A DNA stretch of 30,694 bases from Chthoniobacterales bacterium (GTDB lineage: Bacteria; Verrucomicrobiota; Verrucomicrobiia; Chthoniobacterales; Terrimicrobiaceae). The stretch is taken from NCBI GenBank assembly GCA_038214335.1, contig JBBQRY010000001.1, forward strand, positions 1 to 30,694, read 5' to 3'. A program made the translations under genes and the position numbers. How positions within the stretch are numbered: position 1 is the first letter of the stretch; every line of letters begins with the position of its first letter. The notes beneath the pieces were generated by a model. That model was not told the DNA's origin. It was given only the letters and a program-made list of their open reading frames with translations, and did no database searches. This document shows positions 26,732 through 30,694 of the stretch, in pieces.

Positions 26732-26847
26732 TTGATTGAACGAACAACCATCATTAGCGGAGCCTTCGGGGTTTGACAACACTGCTCGCAAGAAATTCCG
26801 GCATCCGATCGGCATAGACGGCGAGGCGAAAGCCGCAGAACGGACTC

Positions 26848-27624
26848 TCAGAAATAGAACGGCAGACCTTGGGATTGGAAGGCTGCCTTTTGCTCGGAAA
26901 GATATTTGTCACCAAGCTTTTCAAAACCGCCTGCCTGCCGGAAGGCTGCCAGAAACGTATTGATCTGAGCGCGGAGCTCTTCGTTGTCTGAGCGGAGTCC
27001 GATGGCCCATTTTTCCTGCTGGATCGGGTTCAGCAGAGCGCGTGTAGTGTCGGACTGGGACTGCGCATTTTTCCAGACACTCATTTGGTCGTAGAGAAAG
27101 CCGCCCGCTTTCCCCTGCACGACTTCCAGCACGGCGGACGCTTCCTTTTCCAGCGCGATGATGGATGCGTTTTTCAGGTGGGCCCGTGCCCAAACCTCGC
27201 CAGTTGTGCCCTGGCGCACCGCCAACGTGTGCCCCGGCCGATCAAGGTCGGCAAGAGACTGAATCGGGGAATCTTTTGCAACCAAGAGCGCCAGCCCGAT
27301 GGTCAGATACGGATCGGAAAAACCAATCGATGAGCGGCGCTCAGGAGTGTCCGTCATCGACGAAATCACGCAATCAATCTTCCCGGTTTTCAGAGAGGGG
27401 ATCAGCCCGGTGAAGGGGATATTCTCAATCCGCACCGGACGCCCGAGCGCCTCACCAAGGGCGTTGGCCAGATCGACACTCACGCCCGTCGGCTGGCCAG
27501 CGGCACCAATCGTCTCAAACGGCGGATACGAAAGATCCATCCCGACGACAAGCTCATTGGCGGATCGCTTCGTCGTGCAAGCGGCAAGGAAGAGGACAGC
27601 AACAAGCAAGAAAAGTTTCGACAT
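26848..27624 (-). CDS. Amino-acid ABC transporter substrate-binding lipoprotein (family 3)
   Basis: Lipobox LAAC, VGMDLSYPPFE, GVSVDLA, FTGLIPSLKTGKIDCVISSMTDTPERR...FSDPY. Confidence 0.93.
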   Translation of the reverse strand: MSKLFLLVAVLFLAACTTKRSANELVVGMDLSYPPFETIGAAGQPTGVSVDLANALGEALGRPVRIENIPFTGLIPSLKTGKIDCVISSMTDTPERRSSIGFSDPYLTIGLALLVAKDSPIQSLADLDRPGHTLAVRQGTTGEVWARAHLKNASIIALEKEASAVLEVVQGKAGGFLYDQMSVWKNAQSQSDTTRALLNPIQQEKWAIGLRSDNEELRAQINTFLAAFRQAGGFEKLGDKYLSEQKAAFQSQGLPFYF

Positions 27625-27683
27625 GCATCAATTCTCGCGGTGAGAACCGGCGGCGGCGAGGAATAAACGACAGGAATAATCAA

Positions 27684-27710
27684 CCGCAGAGATCGCAGAG
27701 ATCACAAAGA
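27684..27710. repeat. Short triplicated CGCAGAGAT motif (9 bp period)
   Basis: CCGCAGAGATCGCAGAGATCACAAAGA. Confidence 0.6.
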
Positions 27711-27755
27711 AAGGAGCTTACCCAAAAGTAAAACTGCTTTGGGGACGCTTTGTGG

Positions 27756-27781
27756 CGCAGTAGCCTCTCCCGCAGTAGCCT
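27756..27781. repeat. 11-bp direct repeat pair, arm-type-site-like, 3' of tRNA-Ser(CGA)
   Basis: CGCAGTAGCCT at 27756-27766 and 27771-27781. Confidence 0.55.
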
Positions 27782-27885
27782 AAAGGTACAATTCCAGGGA
27801 CAGATGCCAAAAAATTGCCGTTTTTCGACCAACCAAAAATCGAAAACCCTGGGTATATGCGGGTTTTGCGGGCGATTTTCGGTCA

Positions 27886-27977
27886 TGGCGGAAGGGGTGG
27901 GATTCGAACCCACGGTGCCTTTAACAGCACGCTCGATTTCGAGTCGAGTGCCTTCGACCGGACTCAGCCACCCTTCC
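27886..27977 (-). tRNA. tRNA-Ser(CGA)
   Basis: Minus strand GGAAGGGTGGCTGAG...CTCGA-CTCGAAA-TCGAG, long variable arm, GGTTCGAATCC, CCCTTCCG followed by encoded CCA. Confidence 0.97.
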
Positions 27978-28029
27978 TTTTCACTAGCAACGACTTACGA
28001 ATCGATAAAAAATCCGAACTTGATTTTTC

Positions 28030-28050
28030 TACGGTCGTTTTTTTACGGTC
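28030..28050. repeat. 7-bp direct repeat pair, arm-type-site-like, between tRNA and integrase
   Basis: TACGGTC at 28030-28036 and 28044-28050. Confidence 0.45.
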
Positions 28051-28058
28051 AATGCGTT

Positions 28059-28637
28059 ATGAGCAACATTGCCATCCCAACTTCCTCCGAAAAGAAAGCC
28101 TCTTGGACACCGACCAGCGTTCAGTTTCTCTACCGTCATCGTAATGGCGGCTACTATGTCCGAACGTATGCAGGTGGCAAGCAAAAACGGCCAACCTTGA
28201 AGACCACGCTCCTGTCTGTGGCGAAAAACAGGATGCAAGAGCATATTGACGCCTCCGAACGCCTGAAGTCCTCCGGGGCGGCCGCGCAGGCATCAGGGCC
28301 ACTGACGTTCGGCGAGGCGCTGGCCGTATACAAAGAGCGTCTAGCTTCATCCGCAGATGTTCGGCCAAACACCAAGGCATTTCGGGAGGCTGGCATAAAA
28401 TTGGTGCTCCGTTCTTGGACGGGAATCGAAGCAACCAATGTGCGAAAGATCACTTCAAAGCTGGTCGATACGTGGTTGAGGAGTTTTTGCGCTTCCGCTA
28501 CGCCGTATGTTCCCAATAAGGCGAAAACCCCCGCACGCAATTCGACCGGAGCCAGCGCGACGACGATCAAGTGCGCTTTGGACGCGATCCGGCATGTTCT
28601 TGATGTGGCGTTTCTTCGTGGGAGGTATTTTTCCTGA
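28059..28637 (+). pseudogene. Tyrosine recombinase/integrase, N-terminal domains only
   Basis: LYRHRNGGYYVR..AGGKQKRPTLKT (arm-binding-like), LTFGEALAVY and ATTIKCALDAIRHVLDVA (core-binding-like). Stops before any catalytic R-H-R-Y residues. Confidence 0.75.
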
Positions 28638-28762
28638 TGAGAGCTGCGAAAGATATTGGAATTTTCACTCGACCGAAAAAATCTTCAAAATAATCCCCTT
28701 GACACGTTTTTCTGCTTTTGTGTGACGTTTGCACGCTCTCTCGTGACGGGCCGTTGTCGAAA

Positions 28763-29296
28763 ATGGCTAACAAAACGCTAATCGCCTGGACCGACCACAC
28801 GTGGAATCCGTGGATGGGGTGTGCCAAGTATTCCGCAGGCTGTGCGAACTGCTATGCGGAGACTCTCACGAAAAACACCATGGGACTGAACGGGGGCACA
28901 GATGCCCCACGTCAGATAACCACGTCAACACTGAAGAATGTCCTTAGATGGCAAGAAGCGGCGGCAAGAGGTGTGCCCGGTATTCTTGGGAACGGCAACC
29001 ACTTGGTTTTTGTGGGGTCTCTCATGGACTGGACGGAAGATCGTCCAGACTTGGTGGCACCACGTCAAAAAATGTGGCAGACCATCAAGGAATGTCCGCA
29101 ATTGTGGTTCCAACTGCTCACCAAACGTGCCGAGAACATCGAAAAGTTTCTACCCCCCGATTGGGGTGCGGGTAGCGGTTACTCAAACGTTTGGCTGGGC
29201 ACGTCCATCGAGGACATGCGTGTGGCGGATAGAGCCGACCTGCTGAAAGGGATTCCAGCGGTGGTAAAGTTCATCAGCTATTAACCCGCGCTGGGT
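28763..29296 (+). pseudogene. DUF5131 (phage Gp37/Gp68-like, three-Cys motif) pseudogene
   Basis: IAWTDHTWNPWMGCAKYSAGCANCYAE (CX6CX2C), FQLLTKRAE, NVWLGTSIE. FISY-TAA-PALG stands where FISYEPALG is expected. Confidence 0.82.
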
Positions 29297-29470
29297 CGTT
29301 GCCCTTTTCAATGGGGGCGAACGTCACTCCAATATGGTGAATGTGATTTCTCCCTCCAAAACCGGCGGAATTTGCGCGCAGTTTTTGTTTTTGTCTACCG
29401 AGGTAGACAGAAATGCATTTTCAAATGCCTGCCAGCTCTCTATCCTGCTGAAAACCACCATCCTCCTGTC

Positions 29471-29524
29471 ATGGCCAACCTCACAAAACGCGATCTTGTC
29501 ATGGAGATCAGCAACGACACGAAG
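29471..29524 (+). pseudogene. N-terminal fragment of an HU/IHF-family DNA-binding protein
   Basis: MANLTKRDLVMEISNDTK matches HU/IHF helix 1 (M..TK.DLV..IS), then the sequence becomes unrelated. Confidence 0.62.
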
Positions 29525-29580
29525 GCGAACACCCCTGCCTCTTTTTGTGGCAGGTGCAGCTACATGCCAGATCAACCTTT

Positions 29581-30072
29581 ATGAAGGATCAACAAACAAC
29601 GACGAGGCGGTTTTTCCCGAAGAGAAAAACCGTTGCTTGTCTTGGCTTGGCGTGCCTGTCCGTCGGTGTGCTGGCTGCATACATGGCGATTCAGTGGAGT
29701 AGCCTCACCCTCGCGCTCGGTTCAGTTGTGGCTCTTCTTGGTTCGGTGATTCTTTTGGAGCCAGTGATCAGGAACCCGACAATCGAAGTTCGTGCTGACC
29801 ATCTCATTTTGCGCCTTTTTGGGAATGCGGTTGATCTGGGAGCCAGTCACTTGACTGAAGTGTTCAGGCGCAGGCGAGGCGCACGCTCCTATCGATTTGA
29901 GTCGGGCACCAGATTTTATCAGGTGACCCCCGTGGTATACTTTCACGCTGACATGCTCCAGAGAGAGTTTGACCGTCTTTTTGGTGTGGCTGAGGTTGAA
30001 GACACAATCGCGAAGCCCAGGCAGAAATCCTCGCAGGGTATGCTTCGCAATCCCGAAAAAGCTGAAGGTTGA
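29581..30072 (+). CDS. Hypothetical membrane protein (two N-terminal TM helices)
   Basis: VACLGLACLSVGVLAAYMAIQW and LTLALGSVVALLGSVILL hydrophobic segments followed by a soluble domain. Confidence 0.65.
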   Translation: MKDQQTTTRRFFPKRKTVACLGLACLSVGVLAAYMAIQWSSLTLALGSVVALLGSVILLEPVIRNPTIEVRADHLILRLFGNAVDLGASHLTEVFRRRRGARSYRFESGTRFYQVTPVVYFHADMLQREFDRLFGVAEVEDTIAKPRQKSSQGMLRNPEKAEG

Positions 30073-30093
30073 CGGTTACGAAGAAGGAATACG

Positions 30094-30441
30094 ATGCGCA
30101 ACTACACAGAGCAGATAGAACAGTTCGGGCCGACGATCATCCAGGCGTGGGAGGTTCACGCCGACAAACGACCGCTGATTGAGTGTGACTTGGCCAGCAA
30201 TACGGTGCAGGTATATGACTCCCGTGAGTATATCGACAGCCTGTCCGAACGAACACGAGAGGCAGCACACCTGGAATTCTCCAGGATAATCAATGAAGGG
30301 GGCATTATGGTGTTCGTCAAGGACACTAAGAATCGCGTGCTGCAATCTTACTCCTTTGCACTTGAAGCCCCCAAAAAGAAGAGGGAGCCAAAAAAGCAAA
30401 CCAACCGAAAAGCGAATCCTCAGCGGTCTCGTGTCCGGTGA
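30094..30441 (+). CDS. Hypothetical protein with basic C-terminal tail
   Basis: 115-aa ORF 21 bp after the membrane-protein gene, on the same strand. Confidence 0.62.
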   Translation: MRNYTEQIEQFGPTIIQAWEVHADKRPLIECDLASNTVQVYDSREYIDSLSERTREAAHLEFSRIINEGGIMVFVKDTKNRVLQSYSFALEAPKKKREPKKQTNRKANPQRSRVR

Positions 30442-30694
30442 TTTGCCTCGTCGTGAAATCTATGCCTTCAAACGTATGAGCGACAGCCCAACCGGTATTC
30501 ACAGCTTGCTTCATTCGATCTATTTGAAACATCGCAGAAGGCATCGTGAAAATCCGGACTCTGATCAGATGTGCTGCATGTGGTCGTCAAACAACCCTCC
30601 GGACGTTATAGCAGGAACACTTTGCCTGGTCGCCCCTCCACTAGAACGAACCATGCAATGACTGTTGCCATGATGATCCCTGCGGCCACTAGAG

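Larger units (their letters stand above)
27978..30694. mobile_element. Decayed integrative element / genomic-island remnant beside tRNA-Ser(CGA); right boundary not visible
   Basis: Truncated tyrosine-recombinase gene next to the tRNA, DUF5131 pseudogene, gene fragments and orphan ORFs. The sequence looks more AT-rich by eye. Confidence 0.62.

Noticed and set aside
2261-27781. Short repeats as possible CRISPR arrays
   Set aside because: Units are 6-11 bp with no 25-45-bp spacers, and there are no cas genes.
28699-28727. TTGACA -35 box before DUF5131
   Set aside because: No acceptable -10 hexamer at 16-18 bp.

Overview
A GC-rich bacterial chromosome segment, most likely Verrucomicrobiota (Chthoniobacterales/Spartobacteria-like). 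This is inferred from the PEP-CTERM plus passenger-repeat protein, dapL and the style of the HU N-terminus. Housekeeping genes (fumC, DAHP synthase, DEDDh exonuclease, ilvD, manA, cdd, msrA, dapL, a squalene/phytoene-synthase-family gene, an amino-acid binding protein, two tRNA-Ser genes) are interspersed with small accessory modules, most of them decayed: a chrA fragment, a PIN fragment, an internally deleted nucleotidyltransferase and a HicAB pair. The window ends in an integrative-element remnant beside tRNA-Ser(CGA), containing a truncated integrase, a DUF5131 pseudogene and an HU fragment. Two large intact genes stand out. (1) A 1104-aa C-A-TE NRPS-like protein lies 3 bp behind ilvD; it has no carrier domain and every canonical catalytic motif is substituted, so it looks like an intact 'pseudo-NRPS'. 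(2) A 2349-aa PEP-CTERM surface protein carries an N-terminal domain that aligns motif by motif with GH64 beta-1,3-glucanases, on a stalk of three serial passenger-repeat modules. All family calls come from motif recognition by eye; no searches were run.
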